A stretch of DNA of 62,136 nucleotides, counting the filler, from Choristocarpus tenellus KU-1152 (lineage: Eukaryota; Protista; Phaeophyceae), in NCBI GenBank assembly GCA_964200185.2. It is 7 parts of 7 records of this genome, joined end to end, with 100 filler letters (N's around TTAATTAATTAA, not from the genome) between each part and the next. Parts side by side here need not be neighbours in the genome. Positions count along the whole stretch, not along the records: positions 3,116 to 26,552 come from CAXNAD020000247.1; positions 26,653 to 35,869 come from CAXNAD020003872.1; positions 35,970 to 50,581 come from CAXNAD020001151.1; 4 more parts are not named here. One strand, 5' to 3'. The number at the start of each line of letters is the position of its first letter. Position 1 is the first letter of the stretch. The notes beneath the pieces were generated by a model. That model searched no databases. It was not told the DNA's origin and saw only the letters and a program-made list of their open reading frames with translations. Positions 26,464-40,500 of the stretch are shown here, one piece after another. The position numbers and the translations under genes are program-made.

Positions 26464-26552
26464 CTGCGCACAAATAAAAAAAAAATAGAAGAAAAAAAAG
26501 AGGGGGCGGGGGCGGGGGCGGGGGCGGGGGCGGGGGAGGGGGAGGGGGAGGG

Positions 26553-26652
26553 NNNNNNNNNNNNNNNNNNNNNNNNNNNNNNNNNNNNNNNNNNNNTTAA
26601 TTAATTAANNNNNNNNNNNNNNNNNNNNNNNNNNNNNNNNNNNNNNNNNNNN
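26553..26652. other. Artificial contig-joining spacer
   Basis: Same N44-TTAATTAATTAA-N44 spacer. Confidence 0.97.
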
Positions 26653-26731
26653 CCCCCCTTCCCAAACCATAATCAAAACTCACCTCTCTACCCAACACAT
26701 TCTTTGCATCCCCCTTCCCGATAAACAACCT

Positions 26732-26989
26732 GAGTAAAAGTATCTTAGAGGGTACAAGTTTTGCCCTGTTTGACCATTTGGGGCTTGGCTTCCCATGTTT
26801 TTTTTAAAGAAATTTTCCTACTCCGAAATGTTTTGGATTAAGCAAAATGTGTATGTTATGAAAAGGTATGTCCAGAACATGGATATTGACACTTCGTAAC
26901 AAACACGATGGCCAAAATTAAGTCAGAATCGCAACATTGGATTTTGACCCCAAATGGATGCGGCTCCACCCTCTAAAATACTTTGACTC
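26732..26989 (+). mobile_element. MITE family A copy
   Basis: Both TIRs present; flanks ACCT / GCCT. Confidence 0.9.
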
Positions 26990-28284
26990 GCCTCAGCAAC
27001 GCCTACACCACTACTAAACCCTTGCCACCATCACCATCACAGTCACCATCCTCTTCTGCAACATTAATACCATGTCTCTCACTATCACCATCATATACAG
27101 TACACCTTGTGAATCCCAGTTGTAGGATTCCAATAACCCCAGACTCGTTCATCTGCATAGTCACTTCTTCCCCAAGGCCACAACCACTCTGGCCACCACC
27201 ATCCAACAGAGCTGCCCTGGAGACCAGGTCATTGCCACCAGGACCACTACTAGTACACCGCTGTTGTTGTGAGAGGGTAAAACGCACAAGGAAGGATGCC
27301 CTGCCCTCCTTTCCTATTGACATATTTTCAGGGCCAGTCTCAACTGTGACCAGGGAGGGATTGTGGTAGAGGTTCACTCTTCCTTGGCAGGATTTCTGGT
27401 TTTCCACAACTATTAATGTTTCTGTTGTAGCCATAGTGGTGGTGGCAGGGGAGGTAGAGTTGGAGTTGGATGTTGTGTTGGGCGTTGCTGATGCAGTCAT
27501 CCTTCTTTCCTACTGCTGAACTTCTACTTGAACAGGTTGTGTCACCTGTATACCACCATTGGACTTGCTGATTTCATTGTCAGTAATGTATTACGTGTAA
27601 TGGATTAGGGTTAGGGTTTGGTCTATCAACAGAAGGCATCAGATGAATGATATGTATGCATTACTGCAAACGGGACACACACGAATAAAAAAATCCCTGA
27701 TTTCTGTGCTGGATAAACATTGTTAGTGGGCATGGTGGTATGATGCTATTATACCAAGGGTTAGAGTTACCCCTAACCTCAAAACCATAACCTATGATGT
27801 TTACCTCTAACCCCAGCCCCATTATACGTAACATCAACGGACATTTAGAAGCGGTCATATTGTGTCCCATACTAAACCCCAACCTATCTTGCTGGTCCAG
27901 GGTCTTGAACACCTTTAAAAGAGCCAGAATATTGACTGGCTCAGGCAGAATATATATTTCAAAGGACCAGACCAGGTCTCAGTTCAAGCCTAGTTGGTTT
28001 TCAGGTTTGAAAGGAACGGTCTGGACAAGATATACTTTGAAAGGACTGTGAGAGGTCTCAGTTAAGCAGGGCTGGTTCCCAGGTTAATGGGGTCGGGTTG
28101 GCTAGCTTAGGCATGAATTGTATTTTTTATACAAGCCGAACTTGGATCCATTGATGGCGGCTGCCTCCAGAGCATTGTCAAATATCAACTGTCCAAGGTT
28201 GGTGTCACATAGAATTATTTCTTCTGATACCTGCGTCCTTACATTTCTTTTTCAGCACTGTTGATCCAATGTTCACGTCACAGT

Positions 28285-28542
28285 GAGTCAAAGTATCTTA
28301 GAGGGTAGAGCCACGTCCATTTGGGGACCAAAATCCAATGTTGCAATTTTGATGTAATCTTGGCTATCATTTTTTTAGGAGATGCCGATATCCTTGTTCC
28401 GGACACTCCTTTTCACAACGTATATATTTTGCCTACTCCGAAACATTTTGGAGTAGGTAAAACGTCATTAAAATCTCGTGGGAAGCCGAGCCCCAAATGG
28501 ACAGACAGGGAAAAACTCGTACCCTCTAAGATACTTTCACTC
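28285..28542 (-). mobile_element. MITE family A copy
   Basis: Near-perfect TIRs GAGTCAAAGTATCTTAGAGGGTA / TACCCTCTAAGATACTTTCACTC; TSD AGT. Confidence 0.92.
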
Positions 28543-31430
28543 AGTACATCAATGTTTGTGGTCTTAAATCTTGACTATATGCTTTCATAATTCTTCTAAA
28601 ATTCTTCTCTTATATCACACATCTCGGTTAAATCCTAGTCGTGTTAGCTATCATTCATCTTCATCTTTCATTAATTCCACTACAGACGGACAAGATGAGA
28701 GAGGTATAAGGTTGACATCAGGTCTGTAATGGTAATCCTTTCCTTAGTCCTAACCCAAAGCTACCTGATCGTACATATGCTCAAGTCTCTCTTACTCCAT
28801 CCCCCTCCGGCCACCTTTACAACAGTAATAGCAGTAGTCCATGCATCCATAGCAAACTATCAATGCCAGTAGTATGGTACTCATATCTTAAAACACCTTC
28901 CAATATTCTTGCCCCCACATTAACATTCAGCTTCACATCTGCTTCTGGTACTTTCTGATGTTTTTCCTCCTGGACCTGCTTGGACTCGTTGGCTTCTTTT
29001 CTCTTTCTGCACTCTCCTTCCATTGTCTGGTTGGTCCCACTCCCATTGCCATCACTTCTTCTCTCACCAGTCCCCTGTCCAAAGTCTGCTCTCCTCCATA
29101 GACCAAATTCATTAGAGACGTGAACTGAAACAGGAAGTCATTAATCCAATAGACACTTGCAAAAAAACGTGAGCATAAATTTTGTTTCAAAAAAGAGCTG
29201 GTTTGAAGAGATGTTTTGAGAGTTGTGGAGGTGGCAGGGGTGAGGAAGTGTGTGAACAGAATTAAACATTCATACTCCACAAGGTTTGGCTACTACTCCT
29301 GAGTATATACTTGCAAAAATCAATATCAACAGTAAGATATACACATATATTCCTCCAATCCTATCTCCAACCATCTCCAATAAAAAATGTCTGTATGTCT
29401 GTATGTCTGCTGGTATGTATATGTACATATGATGGTTGAAGTGTAACTTGGACAAAAGTGCAAACCAAATAACTATGTTGTCAGTGAAATTAATTTCAGC
29501 CCTGGGTAGGTGATGGTCATGGTCATGATACCAATAATAACAATAATGCCAAAAAAAAAAAATAACGTGGCTTTTGGAACCCTCACCCTAATCTCAAATA
29601 AGGAAAAAAAATACAAAAAATACAAAAATATATTCCTCACAAAGGTTGGGAGGGCAAAATGTGTGCAAACTCTGCTAACCCTAACCCTTTAAATTTAAAG
29701 AACAATTAAAAATGATCACCATTTGTCCAACAACTGCAACTGACTGGCACTATAGTCATCTCTTGTTGGTGTTCCCTTCAAGGGATTGGGAACGGGATAG
29801 AGTGAAAACATTCCTGTAACCCTCGTATTAATAATATGAACAATAGGAAAACAATAAAAATAGCATGATAAAATTTATAGACTGTTGTAAGAATTGCGTG
29901 CAATGTGCCCTGAAAATATGTGATATGTATTTACAACTACTACAGGTGTTTGTACATGCACATTCATGAGCAGCCATGTATTGCAGGGATACCAATTAAT
30001 TCCAACTCTGCTGGAGGAGGCTCCTCCTGGGCAACCTGCAAAGATGAGAATGGTCATGAGGAAGAAACAGGAGTAAGGACAAGAGCGCATCGCATCAAGT
30101 ATACCTCTTTGAACACAAGCCCCTGTTCAATGAGCTCCATACTTGAGAACACCCCGTCAAGGTATAACTTTTTCCTTTCCCTCCAAAGGGTAGACTCAAA
30201 GTCTAAGTGCTATCAATAGGAGAGGCGCGAATTGATAAAGGTTGCTTCTTAGTATCGAAATGAAATGGCCGTTGACTCTTCGTCACTGGTCTGGTCTGTT
30301 TGCAACAAACTGTAAAGAAACAAAAATATGCCTATGACTAACCAATACAAAAAAAATAATAACATAGATAACCCTTCTCTTTGTTTATTAGGGAGGATAG
30401 TGGCAACAAGAAAAAAAATCATCAGACAGTTACCCCACTACTGTTGGTAGTACTGGATACAAAGTGACACCTGGGAATGATACCCTCTCCTGGTACGGAT
30501 CTTTATTGGCACTGTTCAGAAATTTCTTTGCACCTTCGTGTCAGCCTTGGCATTCGCTTCTGCACGACCCAGGCCATCAGAGGCTGTGCTCCTCAAAGAT
30601 CCAGTTCCGCCACTGTTGTAGCCACCACCTGGCAGTGCCACCATTGCCTGAGACAATGCCTTCCTGCAGCCCTCCACCGCTTAAATCCAGCACCCTAGAG
30701 CCTCCCAACAACAGGCTCGCCGTATCAACGCCTTCAGATTATGCGGGAACTCCTGCAGTGACAAAGAGGAATCTGTTGACGCCTCCTGGATGGGGGTGAA
30801 ATCAAGCACATAAAGAGAAAAAGAGAGTGTGTTCACTGACATACAGTAATCAGCTTGACACACAAACCCCCCTAGTTGAGGTGAAAGGCAGTCATAATTC
30901 CTGCATGGAAGATCCAGTGGCAGTGATCATGTAGCTGTAATGGTGATCAACTTGTTGATGCAGCAAAAATTAGTTTCCATGATAGGTAGGACGCGGTCAA
31001 GGTTGCTGTTCATGGTTAGAATATCAGCAAATTTGGCTCTGTAGCTGTGATTGAAAAATGTTGTGGCGACAACAAAGTGTGCTTTATGTATCTTGATAGC
31101 ATTATAGTGATATTGCTCAATATTGTTTTGACATATGTTGCATTGGGTACAGCTCAAAGTTCAATATGATATGGAAGGTTCATTTCTTGTTGCACTGCTG
31201 ACTATTTACTTGAAGTCGATACTACAACACATCATTCTACCCCTAACCCTAAGTACATCATACTTCATATTACTAACGCTCCTCCAATTAGGGTGAGGTA
31301 TGGCGGGGGACTTAAGTTTTGAGATACAGGTTGGCGTACAATACTACGGGATCGATTGTAGTAACATTTCTCAATACGCTATTACTACTATCATCATCGC
31401 AGACTGTCATACTTGGGAGTATAATAATTA

Positions 31431-31683
31431 GAGTGAATGTTAGAGGGTACGAGTTTTGCCCGGTTTGTCCATTTGGGGCTTGGCTTTCCAAGGGTTTTAA
31501 ATGATATTTTCGTACTCCAAAATGCTTCGGATTAGGTATAATGTATGTTATGAAAAGGTATGTATAGAACAAGAACTTTGACACTTGCTAACAAACACGA
31601 TGGTCTAAAATTACATCAAAATCGCAACATTGGATTTTGGTCCCCAAATGGACGCGGCTCTGCCCTCTAAGATGCTTTGACTC
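31431..31683 (+). mobile_element. MITE family A copy
   Basis: TSD TTA. Confidence 0.9.
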
Positions 31684-34496
31684 TTAAAGTGTTGGGGTTA
31701 GGTCAAGGATCAATTTTGAGTTTTTTGTTGAAGACTGGAGTTGTGGAGGTACAATTTCATTTTGAGATTGGGCCTGTAAACATACAGCGTAGGTTTGATT
31801 AGGGCAAGGCAATCAAATATCACCAAGAAGATCAAAAACCTACTTCCTGCGGCAGTGGGTAGACATAAAACTGGTCAATTTCAGCATTCTCAAATAGTAT
31901 TTTTTGAAAGAAAAGGGGGTGGTATGATAGTTACAACAACCACAAATGTTGGTGGCATATGGATATTTTATTATACCATGCACTGTACTGCAACAAGGTA
32001 GCAATACTCATAGATCCTAACCCTATGGGCTGTTTCATTACTGTATCATACAAACTTCATACATAGGCCAAAACTTGCCAGACATTTCTAGACCTGTCAT
32101 AAGCACATATGCAGACACTCACACCTGCCTAAGGGATGGTAACTATAATACAAAAGTGATAGGTCACCGTCATGCTTGTCAAAGAGTTTGTTAAAGACTC
32201 TTTCAGGTAATTTCCTCTCATTCTTGAGCTAATATTTGAGGAGGTACTACAATCACTGGTGCTGCTGCTGTATTGCTTATCTCAAGTAACTGCAGAGGTA
32301 TGTTTTGTTCTGTTCCAGTCAATGTGGAATGGAGTGTTGGGGAGGAAATGTTGGAAGAGCTTTGGGGTCCTCACATTGAATTTCCTCAGTTGTATATGTG
32401 CCAGGGCTCTGCAAAACAGATTTACAAAACAAATCGGCAGATGTGGTAGGATAGGGTTAGGGCTGTGCTTGCATATGCGTGTAAGTGTGTATGTATGAGC
32501 AGAAGGTACTTGTGTGGCGCCTACATGTTACATGTGTCACTGAATGCAGGTCGTCAGGTGTTGGAGAGGTGGTATGAAGGCATCAAGGTATGGGAAGTAA
32601 TAGCATCTGGATCTGGAAGCTTGGAAATGTGTATGTCTGTGTTTGTTCAAACGCCAATGAACAGACAATTCTAACCCTAACCGAATGAGACATGTCGCTT
32701 CTATCTGTACAAGGGAGGTCAAGGAAAAAGCACACCTTACCATGTAGGAGAGGAAACAAGACAAAATCAAACCTACAGGTGTAAATCATCGTACCCTTCA
32801 CGGTAACACGAAATCAATATAGAGTATATATAAGCATTAGAGGTGCGGGAAAAACTAACAGACACCTTGTGTTCCAATTTGTTCTTCATGGTAACATACA
32901 CACAATATCTTCGAGCATCATTACATCACGCATCAAACTAAAGAGTGAAATCAACCAAATCTATCACATACCACTATTTCAGGAAACTTTCAAATGAGTA
33001 GATCAGGATACTCGGCCCATATGCACTTATTGTGTACTATGCATAATTGGACGTGCACACAATGTGCAAGCAAGTTTGATATGGGTGGCGTACATGAACT
33101 TGAGTCAATCTCGAAGTTGTAAGCCAAATATTGATAATGTTGCAGGCAAGTGTGAATTTCATGGTCTACACAGTCTGCGATACTGGTAACAATGAAGGAA
33201 CAAACGTACATATATATATATGGGTGTATCTTTCCACAACAACAGCAAATCTCAAGATATTTCATTAATCGTAAAGGGAACAACCCATTCCACGCAGCAC
33301 TGCCGCGTTTCACTTTCTACAAATAGTGACCAAAATAAGTAGGTCATCCAGATGCCTTGATCTTTAACGCCAACAGTATCAACGTATGGCGCACCTGTAG
33401 AACCTAAGGCGAGCAGCATGTTGGCTCTACCAAACAATTCTCCACTACTCATCAGGAAAGATTCAAGTTTCTTGGAGCATTGCACAACAACTTAAGCATG
33501 CTACATATACTACACCCAGAGAAATACATCTAGTGAGCAATGAATGAGAATACCACGTAGTGTGGAGGAAATGCCGCGCATTCCGTCATAAATATTGAGG
33601 AATCCTCACCTGTTCACATAGTACTTGGACCTGCATTCTGCTGTAGCATCTTGCACATCTGACAAGGCCTGAGTAGATAGAGATAACTAGATGCACTCAC
33701 TTCAAATGACGGTCACCCGTTCCTTTGCCCTTGTGAGTAGAACCTTGTGGGTTAGGGTGAGGACGATTGGTGCGAAGGCCAAAGATTGCTTGAGCTTTGC
33801 CGACCATCAAACCCCAGAAACTCTGAGTCTAAGAGTGTGTGTGTGGGGAGGGAATGAGTGGAAATACTTGCTTTGTCTGACATGTGCTTTGAAGAATGCC
33901 TTTGTGTGTTCAATGTCGCAGCCATGGGTTAGTGTCAGAGCTGGGTCGAGAGGACCAAGCTAAACCTTCTTCAGTCATTGAAAACCCTTTTGGGGTGAAT
34001 CCGTTTGTTTTCCTCTTTCCCCAACTCTGACCCTGGCCTTCACTTGTTGTGTTTGAATACCATGTTTACGTACAAAACCATGATTAGAAAGAGTATGTAC
34101 AGCATGACTTGTCGTAGTCATGTTCACTCCATTTCGTTGTTGTGCCAATTGCACCCCTTGCAGACTTGTTCTCTGTTAAGCTCTTTTATAGGATTAGGGT
34201 GGCAGGCACACCATAACGAGTACACCGTGATATTATGTAGTAGAGACTATCTGTAACAGTATTAAAAGTGTGGGTTGAAGAGGATGAACCAGGGAGAAAT
34301 GTATAAATTGTTGTGATTTCCCATACATAGCTCCCACCCATCTCTATATAGAGAAGAAACCATTATTATTTTTGTTAGGGTTAAGGTTGGAGCTAGGCCT
34401 AGGCCTAACATGACAATGTAGCAAGTAATGTGTAAGCACGGGTGTTGTAGTTGCAAGGGTTAAACAGGATGGATTCTTTTGTGTTCATCTTGTTCA

Positions 34497-34756
34497 GGCT
34501 CAAAGTATCTGGGGGGGGGGTGGGGGCTGTCCATTTGGNNNNNNNNNNGGTGGGGTTGTTTTGGGTGGAGCTTGTTCAGGGTGAAGGTAGGTGGGGGGGG
34601 GGGTGGCGGCTGTCCATTTGGGGTCAATTTTTTTGTGTCGCGATTTTTGTGTTATTTGGTTGCAATCGTCGGATGGATAATGAAAGTGCAATTTTTCTTG
34701 GTTATGGTCCAAATGGACACCTTGGTGCAGAACCCCCCCCCCAGGTACTTTGGATC
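34497..34756. mobile_element. MITE family B (poly-G subterminal), both ends present (small N gap inside)
   Basis: Ends GGCTCAAAGTATCTG(G)n..GTCCATTTGG and CCAAATGGACACC..(C)nAGGTACTTTGGATC; TTCA on both flanks. Further ends at about 39-77, 2924-2960, 3160-3216, 24150-24226, 25310-25348, 50700-50765, 59361-59425. Confidence 0.78.
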
Positions 34757-35710
34757 TTCATGTTGGGGTTAGAGATGTATATATTAAGTAGTGTTGCTCT
34801 GTCTTTTTCTGGTAGTGCTGTATCCTTGGATAGGCTCTTGCTGTTGGTTAGGGTTATGCAGCAGTTGTTCAAGTTGAGTAGATGCAGATAACGTTTTTGA
34901 GGTTCCTTTCATTGTGGTGTGCAGTGTGAAACATATTTTACACGCTGTATTTTGTACTCATTTAAATGTGTTTTTACAACTTTCTGCGGTATGCTGGTGT
35001 TAACTTGGAGGCATTAGTCTGCATTGAGATAAGACAGCATGTCTTTCTCTCAACAGGTCTTGCTTGTGGAGTGAGTTCTAATCTATGGCTAACACTAACG
35101 CTAACCCTACCCATATTACTATAACACAGCGGTATGTTATGGTGGATCAATGGGATATTACAAATGGTATAATGGGATAATAGCATCAAGTGGACAATAC
35201 TCTGTGGATAATTAATAATTCAGTGTGTGCCTTACCATGTAATTCAACTGCTAGCTTCCGGCGACGAGCGCTACATGCGCCATCTTTTCAACACCCTGTT
35301 TCTCCCTTTGCCCACCGTGACCAGACTTCCCCACAGACTTCGTCACTGTACCACCTGGTGATGCACTCGCCGCTCTCTTCCTGCTTTCCTGAGGCGGTAG
35401 AGACTGCAGAGCAGTGCTCCGCTTTGGTTGAAGATCCAATCACGTTTATGTGGTAATGCTTTCAATTCATCTTCTCTCAGCGTCAATTTCACGGCCGCGT
35501 GGTCCATTTCGCGATTAGATCATGCTGCTGTGCCACAGTACACGCACGTTCTCGTCACCTAACATCGCACTGAGTCTCACACGGCACTTGTTTTTCTGTC
35601 ACCTCTCGACTGAGAAGGTGCCAAGGGTAGATCCAGGGGGCAGAGTGGCCTCGGCAGCTCTCCTTTTCTCACCGTCGTGGTTCATATTGCTGTGTGGGTC
35701 ACCTGTGTAT

Positions 35711-35869
35711 TGTTAAAGTATCCCCAAAATCATCAAAGAGCATAAAGGTGATAAACCCGGCGAGATTGCTTGGTGTCTGTAGAGAAGGACAAAGAACAGC
35801 TTAGTATAGATGAACAAGGTTAATATTACAAGGGCCTTTGTGGTCTCTACTCCGATGACTGAACGTGTG
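35711..35869 (-). mobile_element. Partial LTR, variant subfamily, truncated at contig end
   Basis: TGTTAAAGTATCCCCAAAATCATC end joined to the AAGGACAAAGAACAGC..GATGAACAA.GTTAATATTACA block shared with 2489-2862; same end at 53756-53818 and 53919-53987. Confidence 0.75.
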
Positions 35870-35969
35870 NNNNNNNNNNNNNNNNNNNNNNNNNNNNNNN
35901 NNNNNNNNNNNNNTTAATTAATTAANNNNNNNNNNNNNNNNNNNNNNNNNNNNNNNNNNNNNNNNNNNN
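35870..35969. other. Artificial contig-joining spacer
   Basis: Same spacer. Confidence 0.97.
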
Positions 35970-36024
35970 GTTGGCGGAAAGCGGGGGGGGGGGGTGTGAC
36001 TACGAAAACGGGGCGGAGGGGGGG

Positions 36025-36055
<31 letters not shown>

Positions 36056-36378
36056 AGGGGTGGAGGAGATTTTATAAAGTTGTGTGGAATAATAGGAGCA
36101 GGCGCAGCACATGAGCTACCAAGCTGCAATCCATGGATAGGGCATGTTCTGTTGAAGGAGAATTTTGAGCATAATTTGGGAAATAACCTCCATGAGCCAT
36201 ACCTGCACTCCTAATCGGCAGCGAATAAATCAAAGGGCATCCCATTGGATGGAGAGACTGAGACAGAGTCTCTATATTAATATCATCCAACCTGCTACTG
36301 CACAGATCTGAGGCTGCCAAGAAAAAAAAAAAACGTGTTTCCTTGGAGTAGGAGGGGAAATGGGGGCGGGCGTCATGC

Positions 36379-37522
36379 CTGAACTCATTGACCAGGCCCT
36401 CACGGTTACTCAAGAGGCGTTTGAGGCCGTTCTCGCCCATGCTCAGGAGTGTAATAAAGAGGTCAAGGCAAGGGCCCATGCTTGCACGTCCTGCGTAGCT
36501 CTTCCCCACCTGACATGTGGGAATTCATTGTGCAATTCAGTTCAGACGAATGAATCTATTATTCGTTTATTCGAATAGACCAAACGAGGTTGGTCGTTTA
36601 GGCTATTCTGGAAGCTAATGGCAAAATGGAACTAGGTGCTGTCCTTTTGATGGACAGTGCCCTCTTGTATTACTGTACTTCAAACTAGCACTCACTGCAG
36701 CCATAGCATGTAGCGCCGTGTGTCTCCAAGGGAGTAAGTAGTATATATGATTTGTTACAAGGAACCCCTAAACACAGTACAGTTATATGAAGCACCCTCC
36801 TCACTATCAATTCGTCACCAATAAGAAATCAACCCCTTCATTAAAAGATGATGCCCCATTCAATGTGTCTCAGGAGGCCTCAGAAAACTCTGCATCCTTC
36901 AACCTTGCCAAATAGAGACTTCAGGGCCAGCTCAGGAATAAGAGGGTGGATGGGCAGTAATAGTGTGCTTCACTCTGTGGGCATGTGGGCGGACACCCCT
37001 TCATCACGATGCCCTCCCTCTTTAGCCTACATGGTGTCTTGGGCCTCACACATACAGTCCATCCCTGAGGACAGTCCTCTCTCTGCATTGATCATTCTAT
37101 GAACAGATAGGCCTCTTAATGCTGAGGTGAAAGTCTTCATTAACAACAGGGGGAAATCCAAGGCCTGATACTCAAGATAGGAACTTATTTTTTCTTTTTT
37201 GGGGGGGGAGGGGGAGAAGAAGCATCCCTCAATGGCCATTGAGATGATGTCGCTACTCTCTTCTCAAACACTAAAATACAGAAAAACACCTACATATACA
37301 TTTCACAAGTGATTCGGACTCTTGAAATAACTACACCAAGAGAACAAGAACACAGTATAGCATCAACTCATTGACCAATGAGCAGCACTAATTAAACAAA
37401 TAAAGCAAGTTGCTCCTCCCTCTCGAATCTCTCGTCCCCAGCCTCTTTACTCCCCAGTTCTACAGAAGAGAGTGGACCTTCCCATATTCCAGCACCTCAC
37501 CCTCTCCTCTGTACATACCTCT

Positions 37523-37569
<47 letters not shown>

Positions 37570-40500
37570 TACACAGGTGCCTCCCACCCATCCAACCATA
37601 ACTAATGTCCTGCTACTCCTAACACCCCTCCGTCTTGCCCCTGCCTCAACAGAACATGTCACAACTCGAACACACAGTTCACCTGACTGATGAAATCGGG
37701 GTCCGGCCCACACACAAGCGCCCCTCCAACTGGAACCATAAAGTTCTTGTCCGTGCTCTGGACAACCGCGTCCACCCTCCCGACTACCATAGCCCTTGCA
37801 AAACCATACGTATGAGGGTGTTAGGGTTACATAAGAACACCATTGCAGATTACTCGCTTGGCTGGGGTTCATTCCCCTTGGTCATAGACAAGGGCTCGTG
37901 GGGCAGTAAGTAAACCAAGGTGGCTGAAAAAGGGGGAGACTTCATGGCTAACCTCACACATGGAGCTAACGGACGCCAACCAGAAACGTGGGCACTCGAG
38001 GGATCAGACATTGACCAACCGAGGGGAGAGAGAGAACTCCCACTTTGTATTACTACCAGGTACATGAATAAATACAAATAAAACCATTGGCGAATCCAAG
38101 ATTCAAGGTTTTTGTTCTACGAAACAGAGAGGCAGGCCTTTTTGGCCTACATAGTAGTAGCTCTCTCGTTTAATCCCTCTTCTTTTTTTTTCCTTGCGCA
38201 TCGAGAAGAAATAAGAATGAATGAATACCTGGGGGATAGCAAGGGAGAGCAAGATCACGCTGATCTATACCGGGCACGAGGATACAGAGGGTCGGGTCTT
38301 TGCCCATGGATACAACAAAGTGTGCATCTAAGCTGTGATTTGCTTGCCTCTCCGAATCACATCCATTTTCTGTCTCTTCTCAATGCCTGTCCTATGATCG
38401 TAGGACCCTGTGCTTTGGCCCTGGGCACCCACCTATTGAGCAGCCGGCAGGTATTAGAGCACTGAAGGCCGTAGGCGTTATTGATTATGTGACCGACGCC
38501 TGCCGCAGCGCACAAGCGAGCCACCTCATCCACCTGGCATAGTGCAGTAAGCGTGGTCACAAGATGCACAAGTGGGTGGGAGGGGGGGGAGGAAATCTGC
38601 TAGTGACGATCCCATTGCAGAGTTAGTTGGACAACAACAAAAAAAAATGCAGTACAAGAGAAGTAAGAAAGGTTAGGGTGTCGGAAACAACGCAGGTTTA
38701 GACATCACTGGTGGAGGATATATTATAGGAACACAAGAATAATGGTAATAAAAATAATAGACATACTAAGAACAATAACGACAGTAATAATAACAATAAC
38801 CCTAACCCTAACAATAAGAAGAAGAATAGTAGAGGTAGTAGAAGTAGTAACGACACCTTAAAAAAATGGGAAAGTGTTGGAGTAACATCGATCATAGCAA
38901 CAACCACTGCCATCGTAAGGTGTTACACAGGACAAAGTAGTAGAGACACCAATGTATGCTAGATGCCCTTGCGCACAGAAATCCCTCCAATAAAAGCGAG
39001 GACTGATGATGTCAGTATACATGGTGCATATGCACCTCATCGGCTCTATGTAACACAATAGTGATAATGCTGAGAAGAAGAATGAGACCATTTCATTGGT
39101 CAAAATGTTTCTTTTCATGCCATTGGTATAATAGGGGATTTTACAGGGCACATGTGCATCTTATTGGCTCAATATGATAAGAAGAGGAAGAATGAGACTA
39201 TTTCATTGCTCTAAATGTTGCTTTTCATTACATATTCCCTACCCCTCAAACCTGGTCTTATTATCATTATTCTTGGTATCACTCAGACCTCTCTTTTTTT
39301 TTTTAACTGAAAGAAATATGTCTGTTCAGTTCACGGGTGAGACTTTTGTTCAGTCAGAAAAAAAGCACAATCACCGTCTTCTCCAGCAGGCATACAGTGT
39401 TAGATGACTGGCTCTTGCCAAGGCACTACAATGAAAAGGTAAGGGACAGAACCCCCTTCCCTCTGAAGCAGACAACCTTCATCATACCCAATTTACTCTC
39501 CAAAACTATCTCTAACCCAGAGACGAATGGCATTGAGGGGCCTCAGCTATCACCAAATCCGATGCATGAAAAACCCTCACGCTCCAAGCCTTGATTTCTC
39601 CTGACATTTGCATCGCAATCCACTCTATATCTTGATGGAAAAACGAATCACCAAGGTCCAGTCCTCGGACTGAAGAGTGAACCACTATGTAGTCGACGTC
39701 TACATAGGAGCACAAGCTCAACGACATGAATAGGTTCAAGTGTTTGGGGCTTGGGTGCTTAGTTTGGAGAGGTAGGTAGTGAGGGAAGTACATCAAAACG
39801 ATACTCTTGTCGATATTTTCCATGTTTGGGCGGGTTCGGGTGCATGTTGATGCCCAGGATTAAGTCGACATGCCCTGAGCGTATCTAAATCACCTTGTCA
39901 GGCATTCGTGGGGCAAAGCAGCTGGAGGTGGTGACCACGCAAAGGACGTCATCTGCACCACACCGTGCTATGGCCGCCTTGACACCCTCCACATCAGTCA
40001 CCACTGCATCGCCCTGTACCGACACAAATTATCGCGAGGAAAGGATTGAACAGGACTAGGGACAGGGATGTTTGTTTTGGAAGTTTTGGGGGATTGGGGC
40101 AGCATAGCACAAGGATATTGGTGAACGCCTTTTGTGCTGCTGACTTCGGGAAGATTGACTCGTTACTTGCTAAGCCTGTGCTAGCGATGGGCCATAATGT
40201 GGCGTGCATGAGGAGGCATGACAAACAAAGGATGCAGCAGGGAGCGACAGGGAGAGAGGCATGTGAAGATGCTATCAGAACATGTGTGAGAAATTTTGTC
40301 AAGACCGACACGGGCAGCATCACAGGAAATGCATTTTTTTTTTAAATGATTCGAATAACAACAAAAAGGCAAAGGGAAGGAAACGCTTACCTCAACAATG
40401 TTTTCCACAACCACTGGGTCAAAGCCAGCCGCCACAATAGCCTTGAGGCAAGACTTTTGGTCCATTCGAGGCCAAACAACAGACCGGGCTCCTGCTGGTC

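Larger units (their letters stand above)
27003..33485 (-). pseudogene. Multi-exon TPR-repeat gene, apparently disrupted; boundaries uncertain
   Basis: Exon-like blocks with splice sites at about 33470-33310, 30786-30535, 30309-30100, 29813-29720, 29124-28900 and 27590-27009. TPR-like P.NLKALIRRACCWEALGCWI*AVEGCRKAL has an in-frame TAA at 30681-30683; an upstream GELFGR..AA..FYRCAI repeat needs a frameshift. Confidence 0.4.

Noticed and set aside
25736-26552. (GA)n, (TG)n, (TAC)n, (GAT)n and (GGGGGC)n runs and the low-complexity ORFs they create
   Set aside because: Ordinary intronic microsatellites.
30283-35300. In-frame TGA codons in and near the TPR region as possible selenocysteine
   Set aside because: The region also has a TAA stop and frameshifts, no redox-motif context and no recognisable SECIS; decay is simpler.
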